Assembly: GCF_009914755.1 (NCBI RefSeq)
Contig: NC_060926.1
DNA length: 64,000 bases
DNA from: the human T2T-CHM13v2.0 reference genome, Homo sapiens
Direction: 5' to 3' (one strand)
The notes beneath the pieces were generated by a model. That model worked only from the letters and a program-made list of their open reading frames with translations. It ran no database searches and had not been told where the DNA came from. A program made the translations under genes and the position numbers. This document shows positions 1-60,583 of the stretch, one piece after another; within the stretch, counting starts at the first letter, position 1; each line of letters starts with the position of its first letter.

Positions 1-3000
1 TTCTGCTCTAATCTACATTATTTTCTCCCTTCTCCTTACTTTGTGCTTAGTTTGCCTTTCTTCATCAGGTGTAAAGCTACGTTGTTGGAGATTTTTCTTT
101 TTTCCAAGTGTTTATAGCTATAAACCTGATAGAATTGCTCCTGCTGCATCCCATAAGTTTTGGTGTGTTTTGTTTTCTTTTATTTGTCTTTCCTTTTTCT
201 TCCCTTCAACTTTTAAGTTCAGGGGTACATGTGCAGGATGTGCAGGTTTGTTACATAGGTAAACATGTGCCATGGTGTTTGTTGCACAGATCATCCTAGG
301 TATTAAGCCCAACATCCATTAGCTATTCTTCCTGATGCTGTCCCTCTCCCTACACCCCCGACAGGTGCCCAGAGTGTGTTGTTCCTCCCATGTGTTCATG
401 TGTTCTCAACATTCCGCTCCCACTTATAAGTTAGAACATGTGGTGTTTGGTTTTCTGTTCCTGAATTAGTTTGCTGAGGATAATGACTTCCAATTCCATC
501 CATGTCCCTGCAAAGGACATGATCTTGTTCCTATTTATGGGTGCATAGTATTCCATGGTGTATGTGTACCACATTTTCTTTATCCAGTCTATCATTGATG
601 GGCATTTAGGTGGATTACGTGTTTTTGCTATTGTGAATAGTGCTGCAATGAGCATACATGTGGTTGTATCTTTATAACAGAATGATTTATATTCCTTTGG
701 GTATATATCCAGTAATGGGATTGCTGGGTCAAATGGTATTTCTGCCTCTAGGTCTCTGAGGAATTGCCACACTGTCTTCCACAATGGTTGAACTTACACT
801 CCCAAAAACAGTGTAAAAGCATTTCTTTTTCTTTGCAACCTCACCAGCATCTATTGTTTTTTGACTTTTTAATATAGCCATTCTGACCAGTGTGAGATAA
901 TATCTCATGTGGTTTTGATTTGCAAAGGACATGAACTCATCCTTTTTTATGGCTGCTTTCTTAATCTTGGTCTGATTTGATTGTGCTGTGATCTGAGAAA
1001 CTGTTATGATTACTGTTTTTTTTGCATTTGCTGAGGAGTATTTTACTTCTGATTATGTGATCAACTTTTGACTAAGTGCTGTGTGGTGATGGGAAGAATG
1101 TGTATTCTGTTGTTTTTGAGTGGAGAGTTCTGTAGATATCTATCAGGTCTACTTAATCCAGAGCTGAATCAGGCCCTGAATATCTTTGTTTATTTTCTGA
1201 CTCGATGATGTGTCTAATATTGTCAGTGGGGTGGTAAAGTCTCACACTATTACTGTGTGAGAGTCTAAGTCTCTTTGTAGGTTTCTAATAACCTGCTTTA
1301 TGAATCTGGGTGCTCCTGTATTGGGTGCATGTATATTTCAGATAGCTCTTCTTGTTGAATTGAACCCTTTACCATTATGTAATGTTCTCTTTGTCTTTTT
1401 AAAATCTTTGTTAGTTTAAAGTCTGTTCTGTCAGAAACTAGGATCAAAACTCCTGCATTTTACTGTTTTCTATTTGCTTGGTAAATTTTCCTCCATCCCT
1501 TGGTTTTGAGCCTATGTGTATCTTTGCACATGAGATAGGTCTCTTGAAGATGGCATACCGATGGGTCATGGCTCTTTATCCAGTTTGCCATTCTGTGGTT
1601 TCTTTAACTGGGGCATTTAGCCCATTTACATTTGAGGTTAGTATTGTTATGTGTGAATTTGATCCTGCCACCATGATGCTAGCTGGTTATTTTGCAGACT
1701 AGTTTATGTGGTTGCTTCATAGTGTCACTGCGCTGTGTACTTCAGTGTGTTTTTGTAGTGGCTGGTAATGGTTTTTCCTTTCCATATTTAGTGCTTCCTT
1801 TCCATAGTGTTTTGTTTTCATTTTTGTTTGCCTCATAATATTTTTAAATTACCCTTTTGGCTTCTTCTTTGACCTATTGGATATTCAAGAATGTATTGTT
1901 TAACTTCCCTACATTATTTATGTATACCTTACAGAATTTATGAATTCTCTGAATTTCCTCCTGTTATGGATTTCGAGTTTCATACCACTGTGGTCAGAAA
2001 AGCACTTGGTATGATTTCAGTCTTCTTGAATTTATTAAGACTTCTTTTGTGGCCTAACATGTACACTTGAGTAGAATATGTGTTTTGCTGCTGTTCAGTG
2101 AAATGTTCTGTATATGTCTTTTAGGTCCATTTGATCTAAAGTCTGGTTCAAGATCAAAATCCTTATGATTTTCTGTCTGATTCATCTGTCATTGTTAAGG
2201 GTGAGGTATTAAAGTCCCTTACTATTATTGTATTGCTGTTTCTTCCTCCTTTCAGATTGGTTAGTATTTGCTTTAGCTATTTAGGTATTCCAATGCTATT
2301 GTCAAAATATTTACAACTGTTATATCCTCTTGATGAATTGGCCCCTTTATCCTTATATATTGACCCTCTTTGTCTTATGTGGCCATTTTTTACTTAATGT
2401 GTATTTTGTCCAACATAAAGATAGTTACCACTGCTTTCGTTTGGTCACTTTTTGCATTGGATATCTTTTTCCATACCTTCACCTTCAGCCTACATGTGTT
2501 CTTAAACCTACCATGAGTCTCTTACATGCAGCAACTTGTTGGATCTTGTGGGGTTTTCATAATCCATTCAGGTACTCTATTTCTTTTGATTGGAGAATTT
2601 AATCCATTTATTGATAGGTGAGAACTTACTATTGCTGTTTTGTTATTTGTATTCTGGCTGTTTTGTAATTTGTATTCTGGCTGTTTTGTAGTTCTTTTTT
2701 TTTTTTCCTTTCTTTTTTTCTTGTGGCATTCCTTTGTGAGTTGATGAATTTTAAAGTGATATGCTTTGACTCCTTTCTCCTTTGTGGTTACTGTGAGGCT
2801 TACATAAAATATCTTATAGCTATATCATCTGATTTTAAGCTAACAACTTCAACCACATATAAAACTCTACACTTTTGTTTCTCTCCTCCCTCATATTTTA
2901 ATTGACTAATGTTACAATTTACATATTTTTATATTGGATATCTAAAACCAAATTACTATAGTTATACTTATTTAAATGTTTGATTTTTAATTTTTATGCT

Positions 3001-5290
3001 AGAATTGAAAGTGATTTATGCACAATCATTACAATATAAGAGATTTCTGACTTTGACTAAATTTTACCTTTACTGGTGAGTTTTGTATATTTATATATTG
3101 TTATGTTGTTAACTAATACCATCTCATTGCAGCTTGAAGAACTAGAACTCACTTTAGCAGTTCTTGTAAGACAAGTCTACTGATGATGAACTCCTTCAAC
3201 TTTTGTTTTTTTGGAAAAACCTTTATCACGCCTTCATTTAAGATAGATAGATTTACCAAGTGTAACACTCTTGGTTGGCAGTTTTTTTTCTTTCAATATT
3301 TTGAATGTGTCACCCTAATCTCTCCTGGGCTGAGAAGAGGAGGTTTCCACTGAAAACTTTACTGTTAGTCTTATGAGGGCTCCATTTTTTGTGATAAGTT
3401 ATGCTTTCCTTGCTGCTTTCAAAATTATCTTTTTGTCTTTTGATAATTTAATTATAATACTTATTGGTGTAGAATTGTATTGTTGAACCTGTTTGGGGAA
3501 CTTTGGGCCTCAAGAACATAAATGTCCATTTCTCTCCCCAAATTTGGGAAGTTTTTAGTCATTACTTCTTTAAATTGACTTTCTGCTCATTTTTCTTTCT
3601 CTCTTCTTCTGTAATTTCCATAATTTGTATGTTGTTTCACTTGATGGTGTCCCATAAACACAATAGGCTTTTTTTCACTCATTTTCATTCTTCTTTTTGC
3701 TCCTCTAAGTAGATAATTTCAAATGACTTCTCTTTCAGTTCACTGATTCTTTCTTCTGCTTAAGTAAGCTGTTGGAATTTTCTGTTAAATTGTTCAGTTC
3801 AGTCATTGTATTTTTTAGATCTAGGATTTCTGGGGGTTTGTTTAATGGTTCCTATTTTTTATTGGCATTATATTTTGTTTATATATTGTTTTCTGATTTT
3901 GTTGAGTTGTCCATCTGTGTTCTCTTGTAGTTCACCGAACTTTTTAAAGAGAATTATTCTGAATGTCAGTTAGCTCATAGACCTTCATTTCTTTAGAGTC
4001 AGTTGTTAGAGCTTATTAATTTCTTTTAGGGGTTTTATTTTTTGCTGATTTTTTATGATCCTTGTATCCTCACATTAGTGTCTGTACATTTGAGGAAGAA
4101 GTAACCTCTTCCAACCTTTATAGGTTTGCTTTGGCATGGAAAGCCCTTTAGTAGTCAGTGTTTCCTGGAGATCTGGACAGGTCAGCTGGTAGCATCCATG
4201 AATAGTCACAGTTTGCTTTTGAGATCTCTAGTTGTGCAGGATTATTGCCTGTGCTCTGGTGTTTGCTGGGGCCACTGGCTCGCCTGTATGGTTTGTTGAG
4301 TGTTTTGGTTGGACTCTTTGGTTGGGCAGGGCTACTGGCTGGCTTCTGAGATGGAACAAGACCTCAAGCTACTGTTCAGTGGGACCACAGGTTAGGCTCT
4401 GTGATTAATCAGGGTTGCAGGCTGTGTTTTGCAGTTGGGTTGAGTCACTGTCTGGGTTCTCTTCCAGAGTAGAACCACTGGCTGTGCTTCAGTGTCAATC
4501 AGTATTGTTATCAGGTACCTGGGTTTGGTGGGGCCACAGGCTATGCCCCAGCTTGCTGCAAGCTGGGCTCCTCTGTCAGATGGGATCATTCTCTGGAATC
4601 CCTGGTTAGGCAGAACTGCAGGCTGTGCCCCTCAGTTGGGAGGTGTCCTTGGCTTTGTTTACTGTCCATGCAGGTCGCTGGCTGGCCACTGAGGCTGGGC
4701 AGGGTTACTATTTGGGCTTCCTGGTTAGCAAGGCTAGAGGCCATACTCTGTAGTTAGGCAGAGTGGCTGGCTCGATTACCTGCGTGGTCAAGGACGTATG
4801 TTAGGCTTTGAGGCTGGGCAGAATCTCTTTGGGGGTTCCCTGGTCCAACAAGACAGAAAGCTAAACCCTGTAGCTGGCCTGGATTGCTGACTAGGCACCC
4901 AAGCCAGTTAGAATTGCTGACTATGCTCCCTGGCCAAATAGGGTCACCAGCTTGCCTCTGCAGTTGGGCAGAGCTGCTGGCTGAGCTCTCTGCTAGGGTG
5001 CTGATGGCAGGAACACAGTACCAGCATGGTGATCCATGCACTGGCCACTGTGAACCCTGCCCTCACTTCTTCATTTCTGGTCAAACACAGGTGGTCTAGC
5101 CCCACTGATTTCCTCTTTGTTTCCCATGAGACAAGACAGAAGTGGGCCTCCTAAGATGTAGCACAGAATGCTACAGAAGCTGGATGTCCTCCTCAGGCTC
5201 TCTTTTCCCCACTGGAGAAACTTTGGGCTCAGGAAAACCCTCTTGATATGGCACTTTGCCAGCCTTGGGGAGGAGCAACACAGTCAAAGT
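1..5290 (-). mobile_element. Old L1M-type LINE (ORF2 5' part, ORF1, 5'UTR-like end) interrupted by a younger L1PA
   Basis: T-rich antisense L1 ORF2/ORF1 sequence on both sides of the L1PA insert; GC-richer 5'UTR-like segment about 4100-5290. Confidence 0.7.
178..1806 (-). mobile_element. L1PA element, internally deleted, with TSD
   Basis: L1PA 3'UTR (ggggtacatgtgcaggatgtgcaggtttg); ORF 431..784(-) is the L1 ORF2 C-terminus (WKTVW..EIPFDPAIPLL..WIKKMW..TMEYY); TSD GTGTTTTGTTTTC at 165-177 and 1807-1819. Confidence 0.85.
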
Positions 5291-5429
5291 GAAACTGTAT
5301 GACTCAAGAATTTAACTGCTAAACATCTACCTAGAAATGAAAACGTATATCCACACAAAGACTTGCATGCGAATATAGTAACATTATAGTAACAGTAACG
5401 TGATAGTTAACTTTCACAAAATCTATCGT

Positions 5430-6830
5430 ACACTGTTTCCAGAAGACCATTTCATAGCAATGTGTAAGGGTTCCAGTTTTTCCACATCTTTGCTAAAACT
5501 TGTTATTGTATGTGTTTATAGCCATTCCAATGAATGCATATTAGTATTTTGTTGTGGTTTGAATTTGCTTTTCTCTAATGACTAATGATACTGAGCATCT
5601 CTTCTTGTCTTTATTATCTTCCATGTGTCTTTCGGAGAAATATCTGTTCAAATCATTTGCCCATTTTTAAATTGGGTTATCTTCTTATAGAGCTGTCAGA
5701 ATTCTTTACATACCTGAATATAAGTAGTTTATTGAAAATATAATTGGCTAATATTTTCTCCCAGACTGTGCCTAGTCTTTTCTTTTTCTTAACAGTATAC
5801 TTGAAACACAAAAGATTTCAGTTTTGTTAAATTTCAGCTTATCACTTTATTATTTTAAGGATCATGCTTTTGATGTTGTAGCTAACTCTTCATTTAACCT
5901 AAAGTCACAAAGATTTTTGTCTTTATTTTCTTACAAAAGTCCTGCCATTTTTGCTCTTTTAGAAGATTACTACATAATTTGGGGAACCCAGTGAAAAATA
6001 AAAATGGGGGATCCTTGCTCACAAGTTATTAAGGATTTCAGAACAGTGAAAGCAGAACACTAAACTAAGCACAGAGTCATTTGTGACTGCACAGGATGCA
6101 TGCTCATGAAGCCAGCCCTGCTCTTACATTTAGATCCATGATCCATTTTTAGTTGATTCATGTATATGATGTGAGGTAAGAGTCTACATTTGTATTTTTG
6201 TGTGTATCTATGCAATTCTACTTGTAGTATTTGTTGAAAAGACTATCTTTTCCTCATTTAATTGCCTTGGCACTTTTGTTGAAAATCAATTGCTGAAACC
6301 ACAAGGATTTTTTCTGCACTCTCATCTCTGTTTCACTGAATTATACCAGTACAATAACTGTCTTGATATGGGTAGCTTTATAATAAGTGTTGAAATAAGA
6401 AAGTATAAATCTTCCAACTTTTTTCTTCTTTTTATAGATTGTTTTGGCTATTCTGGGTTCTTGCAATTCCATATAAATTTTAGGATTAGCTTCTCAATTT
6501 CTTCAGAAAAGCCATTTGGAATTTTGATAGGAATCACATTGAGTTTATAGGTCAATTTGGAGAGAATTGCCAGGTTAAATATATTGAGTCTTCCAATCCA
6601 TGAACATGGGTATCTCTATTTATTTAGATTGTTAATTTCTCTAGTAATGTTTTGTCATTTTCAGCATACAAGTCTTGCATTCTGTTTGTTCATTCCTAAA
6701 TGTTTTATTATTTTGCCTACCTTTAATTTTGAATTTGAAAACTCAATTTTTACATTTCTAAGTTTACTAGTTGGTTGTTTTATAGAAACAATATCATTGA
6801 ATAAGTTATGGGGGTACTAAATATACTTAC
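5430..6830 (-). mobile_element. Old L1M ORF2 fragment
   Basis: Antisense ORF2-like motifs (ttccaatccatgaacatggg, ttccatataaattttaggattagc). Confidence 0.7.
5962..6120 (-). mobile_element. MER45A-like hAT DNA transposon
   Basis: tacataatttggggaacccagtgaaaaataaaaatggggg ... catgaagccagccctg resembles the reverse of the MER45A consensus as recalled. Confidence 0.7.
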
Positions 6831-6834
6831 TCTA

Positions 6835-7140
<306 letters not shown>

Positions 7141-7629
7141 TTACTCTAAAGTCTTATTCTATTTGTTTATTATTTCTCTTTCCTCTGATGTTACCCAAAA
7201 AAATGGTAAAAAGAAAGATCTGAAGGGATCTGGTTAGAACCCTGAAACTGTCCACTAAGCCAGTGTTAACACCTGGGGTGTAGTCGTTTCATGCCTTCCC
7301 TATTATTTATTCTGAATTTTATATACAAATGAAAGACTTTTTTGTTTAATTTATATAAAAATGGGATCATAATGTATTAATCTGAACATGATGTTTTCAT
7401 GGAACAGCAAAACTATTACCTTCAACCCAAATTGCTACAATTAAATAGCTATGTAATATTTCAACAGTGTACATTTATGATAATGCACTCAACCATTCTG
7501 CCAAATGGGCAATCAGGTTATTTTCAGGTTTAGAGGTATGTGTTATTGTGGAGTTGTTGTTGTTGTTGTTGTCGTTTTGCTACTAAAAACAATGCTTCAA
7601 TAAATACTTCTGTATTTATGAGAATGTAG

Positions 7630-8190
7630 TCAACAAATACTTATTGAACACCTTGTGTATATCAGGTACTCAAGAAAAATCAATGGACAAAACAGATGCC
7701 ACTGCCCTTATGGCATACATATTTTTGGGAGAAGAGAGACAATGAAGAAGATGATAAACAATAAACAAACAAATGTGTAATTTATTTAAGACGTTAGGGA
7801 TTGACAAGAGCATGGAAAAAAGAGAGGCAGATGAGGGGATTGGGAGTATGGGGGCAGGATGGGGGATTGTGGTTGTGATTTTAGATAGGTTGGTCAAAGA
7901 AAATCTCATTGAGAAGGTAATAGTGAATCAAGGATCAAAAAGAGACAAGGAAATTAGTTCACTGCATAGATACATATATCTATGCTAGGCAGAAGAAACA
8001 GTCAATATCAATTCCCTAAGGCTAGAGTATGTCTGGTTAGTCAAGAAACAACAAATAGGTGAGTGTGACCAGGCAGAAGTGATCAAGGGGAGAGGAGAGA
8101 AGGTTGGATCATTACATTACCTTTGAACAGTGTAAGGATCTGGGTTTCACTCTTGAAGAAATGGAGAGCATTGAAAGTTCTGCAGTTCTT
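7630..8190 (-). mobile_element. L2 fragment
   Basis: caacaaatacttattgaacacc L2 3'-end motif followed by purine-rich L2 body. Confidence 0.6.
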
Positions 8191-8765
8191 GTTTCTATAG
8201 GATACATGTTGATCTTTTTATTTATATAGGGTAGATTCCAAAAGCTGGATCTGCTGGGTCAGTCAGTCTGTAGTATATTTTAAAATTTAGCGGATGTTGC
8301 CAAATCTTTTCTGAAAAGGCTGCAGTAATTCATGCTCACACCAGCCATGAGTGTCTGTTTCTCTGAATCTTCTCCCACATGGCATAGTGTCACTAATGAA
8401 ATTGTGTTTGCCAATCTAATGAGTGAGAAATGGTTTCTCATTGATGTTTTAGTTTTAACGTATTCATATGTGTATTGGACATTTTAATTTTCTTTTATTT
8501 AAGCTGCCTGTTCAGGTCCATGTTGGAGGGATTGTTTGTTATTTTTTATTAGCAGACTTTAGTCTTTGCCTATTAATATCAGGTATATTAACCCTTTGTC
8601 ATACATATTGAGAATGTTTTTCTACACTGTCTTTTATATCTGTATTGCTTTTTAAGAACATTTAAATCGATTAAGAGAAATCTTCCTTTAACTATTCTCA
8701 TCTCAAATTGTTCTTTATTGACTCAGATATTCTGTCATTTCAATATTTACATTATTTTATCCAGG

Positions 8766-9054
8766 TTTTTTTTCGAGACGGAGTCTCACTGTCACCCAGC
8801 CCAGAGTGCAGTGGTGTGACCTCGGCTTACTATAACCCTGACCTCACCAGCTGAAGTGATCCTCCTGCCTCAGCCACTCAAGTAGTTAGATCTATAGGTG
8901 CACATCACCACATCTGGCTAATTTTTGTATTTTTTGTAGAGAGAGCCTTTTGTCATGTTACCCAGACTTGTCTTGAACTCCTGAACTCAAGTGATCCACC
9001 CGCGCCAGCGTCCCAGAGTGCTGGGACTACAGGCATTATCCACCACACTTGGGC
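8766..9054 (-). mobile_element. AluJ
   Basis: Diverged antisense Alu dimer. Confidence 0.9.
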
Positions 9055-9355
9055 TTTATTCAGTTTTAATGGGGTTTCTGGTTGCAAGCACACCATACTT
9101 ACATAATAATTTCAGAAAAATTGATGTTTTAAAATTACTACTTTTTTTCTAATTGGGAGCATTTTATATATCTCCATTTATTTAGATCTTATTTAATTTC
9201 CTTCAATAAAATTTTTATAGTTCTTATACCTTTAAGATGTTTATAAATATATACATGTGTATTTGCTATTTAGTCTGAGTATTTTTTTTAACTTATGTCT
9301 TTCCAAATAAGAACTAGTAAGTTTTATATGTCTATTTTTTATTCATACTCCTTGG

Positions 9356-9741
9356 TGTATTAGTTCATTCTCATACTGCTACAAAGAACTACATGAGACA
9401 GGGTAATTTAAAAAGAAAAGAAGTTTAATTGACTCACAGTTCCACAGCCTTAACAGGAATCATGACTAGGAGGTCTCAGGAAACTTAACAATTATGGTAG
9501 AGGGTGAAGGGAAGCAGGCACCTCTTCACAAATCAGAGCAAGAGAGAGGGAGTGAGAGACAGCAAAGAAAGAAATGTTACACTTTTAAATAATCAGATCT
9601 CGTGAGAACTCACTATCATGAGAACAGTATGGGGGAATCCACCCGCATGATCCAATCACCTCCCACCAGGTCCCTTTCCAACACATGGGGATTACAATTT
9701 GCCATGAGATTTGGGTAGGGACACAGAGCCAAACCATATCA
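9356..9741 (-). mobile_element. THE1D/MSTA-type MaLR solo LTR
   Basis: tgtattagttcattctc ... gggacacagagccaaaccatatca; 5-bp TSD CTTGG/TTTGG. Confidence 0.88.
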
Positions 9742-9901
9742 TTTGGCAAATTAGTTTTCTACTTCTCATGAATTTTATTAGGTCTCTCTCTAGTTTTTCT
9801 ATGTATATAATTATACAACATATATTACTGTACCTTATTTTAGTATTTATACTAATTGCTTCATTTTCATAGCCTATCGCATTAGCTAAAGCTTCCAAAA
9901 T

Positions 9902-9985
9902 ATGCATATGTGTATGTGTGTATATATATATATATATTTGTATACACACATGCACACACACACATATATGTGTGTATATATGTAT
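9902..9985. repeat. Mixed (TG)/(TA)/(CA) dinucleotide tract
   Basis: Visible alternating purine-pyrimidine run. Confidence 0.85.
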
Positions 9986-11571
9986 AATGGTGGTAATAGT
10001 AGACATTCCTATATTGTTTTCTATTTAAATGACTTCACCATTCATGTTTATCATAACATTTGCTGATTTTAGAGAGTTCATGTTATGTTAGTTTTATTTC
10101 ATATAGAGTTTTTATTTTAAAAATAGCTGTTAGGACTTATCAAATTCCCTTTTAAAATCATTTGTGAATATATTTAAATACTTCTCCTTTTATTTATCAA
10201 TGTAAAATTACAGAGAGATTTTATAATGTTGAACTATTTTTTCTCTTATTCAATCTCATTGCCATTACCTTTCTCTTTCTTTCTATTTCTAAATAGCCTG
10301 TAACTACAAGTTTTATTTTATCTTTAACCCAACACAGTGTGTTTTGTTTTGCTTTCTAAAATCTTAAGAAATTTATTTTCCTTATGCAATATGTTTCATT
10401 TCTATTGATTGTAACTTTTTGAGACTTCTTTCGTGGCCAAGATTATGCTAAATATTGATAATGTGTTCTCTGTTTTTAAGTCACAAGATTAAATAATAAA
10501 TCATTCTTATTAATTTATCTAGAACCTGTATATTTTGTCCATTTTTGGTATATGGAAAGAGTAAAAAAACTAAGGGTGAATTGTTTTGCAATGCCCATAA
10601 AACATTTGTCCTATTATTTGTTTCTTGAATTTTGAATTGACATTAATGGGAAATGTTCTGCTTTTTGTTTTATTTAAAGTTGCATACCATAAATTGCCTA
10701 TTTTTGATTTCAATATATTTTGTGTCACTGCATCTTTAGTTGGATTCTATCTTTGATTCCAATTAGTATCAATATCATCAATATTGACGATACCTTCGAT
10801 ATCACTAATATTACCTTTCAGGATCATTTCTTCATGTATATTCAGTGTTATAATTTTTCAACCTTTTTTCTGTTTTACCTTTTATAATTCATTGTTTTTC
10901 TTGTTTTATTTCTCTAAAAATGCAAACTATGTTTGCTCTTTATTTTTATTTTCAGAGTTTCATAGGTTTTATAAGATCTGATTTCACTCAATCAGTAGTT
11001 ACCTTCAACTTTTCAAATTCATTGTTTAATCTGTATTTCTGTAATTGTTACAGTTGAATCTGAAACCATATTGTTCCACCATATCATTTTCATACTTGAA
11101 ACAAATTCCTTAACTCAGTTTTTCTTCACCAACCCTGCTCAAAATTTTAAGTTTGTTGATATAATTTGAAGCTTTAATTCAAATAGTTACCATTTGGAAT
11201 TTCCCCCCATTTCCCATAATATTTCTGTTTCTCCTGGGGTAACTTTTTCCTCTTTTTCCTTACACTAGTCTTTCTTTCTAATATTGAAGTATTTCCTCAA
11301 ATGTCTATTGATCTGTGGTTATTTGTTTCTACATAAGAGAAGACTTTGGAAATCAATCAATGTGATTCACCAATTAAAAAATAAAGAAGGAAAATCATAT
11401 GAATATCTCATTAATGCATTTGATAAAATTTAACATCTGTTCATGATAAAATTCCCAGCATATTAGGAATAGATAGGAACTCAGCAAATTAGAAATAGAT
11501 AGGTAGGAAAGTCATATGACTACCTTGGTAGATGCATTTGATAAAATTAGTAGTTCATGATAAAATTCTCA

Positions 11572-11880
<309 letters not shown>

Positions 11881-11958
11881 AGAAAGAAGGGGTGGGGGCG
11901 GGGGAAGAGAGAGAGAGAGAAAGAAAAAGAAAGAAAGAGACAAGAAAGAAAGAAAGGA

Positions 11959-12001
<43 letters not shown>

Positions 12002-12075
12002 GAAAGAGAAAGAAGAAAGAAAAAGAAAGAAAAAAGAAAAAGAAAAAGAAAGAAAGAGAAAGAAAGGGAAAGAGG
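11881..12075 (+). repeat. (GAAA)n polypurine microsatellite derived from the Alu tail
   Basis: About 190 nt almost purely A/G with perfect GAAA runs. Confidence 0.95.
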
Positions 12076-14787
12076 TAAGAATATGTATAAAGGTCTAACA
12101 GACATCACACTTAGTGATATTGCTAGTTGCTTTTTCCCTAAAATTGGAAATAAGACAAGGAAGTTGTCTCTCACTTCTTCTCTTCAACATCGTATTTAAA
12201 CTCCTGACCAGCGAAATAAGATCCAAAAAAAGGAAATAATTGTTATTTTGGGGAAAGAAACAGTGAATCCGTCTTTATTTGCTGATGACATATTTATTTT
12301 CTTTAAAATATAAAGGAAATCTATAAATACTTTACTAGAACTAATACATGAATTTAGCAATGCCATAAATACGTGGTTAATAGTTTTCAAACCAATCATA
12401 TCTCCTACAATGGCAATAAGGAATTTGAAAAGCAGTATCCTTTAAAGTAGCACCAGAGAGAATAAAATAACTAGAAATAAATTTAATGAAAGATGTGCTT
12501 GATTTTTAAAATTAATCTAAATAAGTGGAGAAGCAAACGATGCTAACAGATTGCAAGCTCAATATTGTTGTCAGCTCCCCCAAATTTATCTATAGTTTCA
12601 AATCAAACCCAAGAAAAATCCAAAAGGCTTTTCTCATAGAAATTGACAAATTGATTTGAAAAGATATGTGGAAAATCAAAGAATCTAGAAAGTCCAAGAC
12701 AATCTTTTCTAATTGACTTCAAGACTTTCTTTAAGCCATGGTATTCAACACAAAATCATATCAGCATAAGGATAGACAAACAGATCAATGGTATGGCATA
12801 GAAAGTACAGATATAAACCCATGTTCATATTGTAAATTGCTTTTTGAATATTTTCGTGACCTTGGAGTGGCAAATTCTTCTTAGTACACTAAAGTCATTA
12901 ATTATAAAAGAAAAAATAATAAATTGGACTTCATCAAAATTAAAGATTTTTTCCTATCAAAAGACATAATTAAGAAAATAAAAGGGAAGCTACAGACTGG
13001 GTGAAAATATTTACAATACATAAATCAGACAAAACACTTCTATCCATAATCTGTAAAAGAACTCCTACCTGTCAATAAATAAAATAAAATTCTATAATAT
13101 AAATGGGTCAAACATTTGAACAGACACTTCACCAAAAAATAAATAAATTGCCAGTAAACACATGAAAACATGCTTGACATAATTTCCTGATTAAAGAAAT
13201 ACAAATTAAAACTAAAATTAGCTATCACATCGTACACACTGGAATGGCTAAAACTAGAAAGGCCATCACTGGTAGTCTTTGCAAAAACAGTTTGGCAGGT
13301 TTTAAAATGGTTAAATGTACTCTTACACAATGACCCAGTAATTCCATTCCCACATATTTACCCAAGAGAAATGAAAGCATTTTGCCACAAAAAGACTTGC
13401 ACAAGAACAGCAGTTTTATTCATACTAGTCTCAAACTGAATCCACTCCAATGTCCATCAAGAGAAAAATGAGTACGCAGACTGTGGTAGATTCACACAAT
13501 GGAATACCACTCAACAACAAAAATGAACAAACTAACTGTTCAACACAGCAACATAGATGATAAGCAAAAGAAGCCAGACACAAAAGCATGTATATGTTTT
13601 GCTCATTTATATGAAATCCAAGAGCAGGCAGTATTAACATCTGACAGAATAAATGACAGCAATGGTTGCCCCCTGAGAGGCTGCCTGGCTGCATGTGTTC
13701 AGTATGCAGGTTCACAGGCAGTATATGCATTGCTCTGTTCATTTTTCAAATAACAAATCAGTTTTTAGCTGTGTGTCTCCCTTCAAATCTCCACTGTTTC
13801 TTCCGAATTCTGTAGGGCACCACGATTGCTTTCCTAACCTCTAGGAGCATCCCCTACCTACTATTGCAACTAGCACTTTTCTGACCACTTTTTGTCTTCA
13901 AGGTTTTATTTGAAATCTCTTATGTGCTCATTGTCCTCCACCATTCTCTTTGTCACTGTAAATCTAATTCCTTTATTATCATTTTAATGAACTTTAACCA
14001 GAAACTTTTTTTTTACAGGAATTCAAAACAATAATGCGACATTGTTTCCTGCTTTATGTTGTGTACTGGGAAGTGCCAATAATTCTCTTCTGGTTGGATA
14101 AAAAGAGCTCCCAAGTTTTCATAACATTTAGGAATACTGAGATGTTGATTAAAACATTATCAGAGCAATAACATGATCAACTAAGAACTAGAATTAGAGA
14201 CTCAGCTTTAAAATTGCTTTAAAAGGAAACGGCAGCGATTTCTGAAATTCAGATGCCTAAAATGATTAACTGTATATAGCAATAGTATGGACAGATTTAT
14301 ATTAACACAAAGCAGAATCAGATGTTCCAGGAGATATCACTGATATTCTCATGAAATTCTCAATAATGTGGTATTATTATCATTATTAAACCACATTGTA
14401 TTATTTATGAATTAATTTTATGATATATGATGGTATTTCCTTCCTAGCAGCTACAGATTAGAGAAGGACATCTTATTTTTATTTTGTCAAATTCTCTCAG
14501 TTGTTGATTAAGCTGCATTTTCAAGGTTAGATTTTTATTTATATTCCATTGACTTTCATTTCTCTGTGGATGACCTGCTTACTCCATCTAGATTCTGTAG
14601 GAATTCAATATTTTTATTTTGAAAAATATTCCAGATATGGTTAGGTGAAGATATCTTTACAATGACTTTGTTCAGTTTAGACTGGGCTTTTTCAGTGCCC
14701 TCTATATTAGTCTTGCATAGGCTCCATGAGATCTTCTATTACATTTTTGTTTGTTGCTTCAATTCCATTTATTCTGGGCTCTACTGA

Positions 14788-59976
<45,189 letters not shown>

Positions 59977-60243
59977 CTGGTTTAGTGGATGCTGAAGGCC
60001 TTCAGGAAATATGCTACTGGTTGCCACTGACTTCAAACTGAGAGCACTTGGGAAATAGCACATGCAGGGAGAGGCTTTTCTCTGAGCCTCCCTCATCTGC
60101 CCAAAAACAAATCCTCAAAAGAAATTTGATCATCATGAATCCCATCCCCAAGAATCTCATCAACCAGGGAAGAGGAACTGAGATCACAGGGAAGGAGATT
60201 GGAGGTGATACCAGCACAGACAGACTCTCACCTCTTCTCCTGA

Positions 60244-60583
<340 letters not shown>

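Noticed and set aside
431-784. 117-aa ORF on the minus strand
   Set aside because: L1 ORF2 C-terminal remnant, not a host gene.
2643-2692. Short tandem duplications (also 22128-22176)
   Set aside because: Ordinary slippage duplications of about 20-30 nt inside decayed L1.
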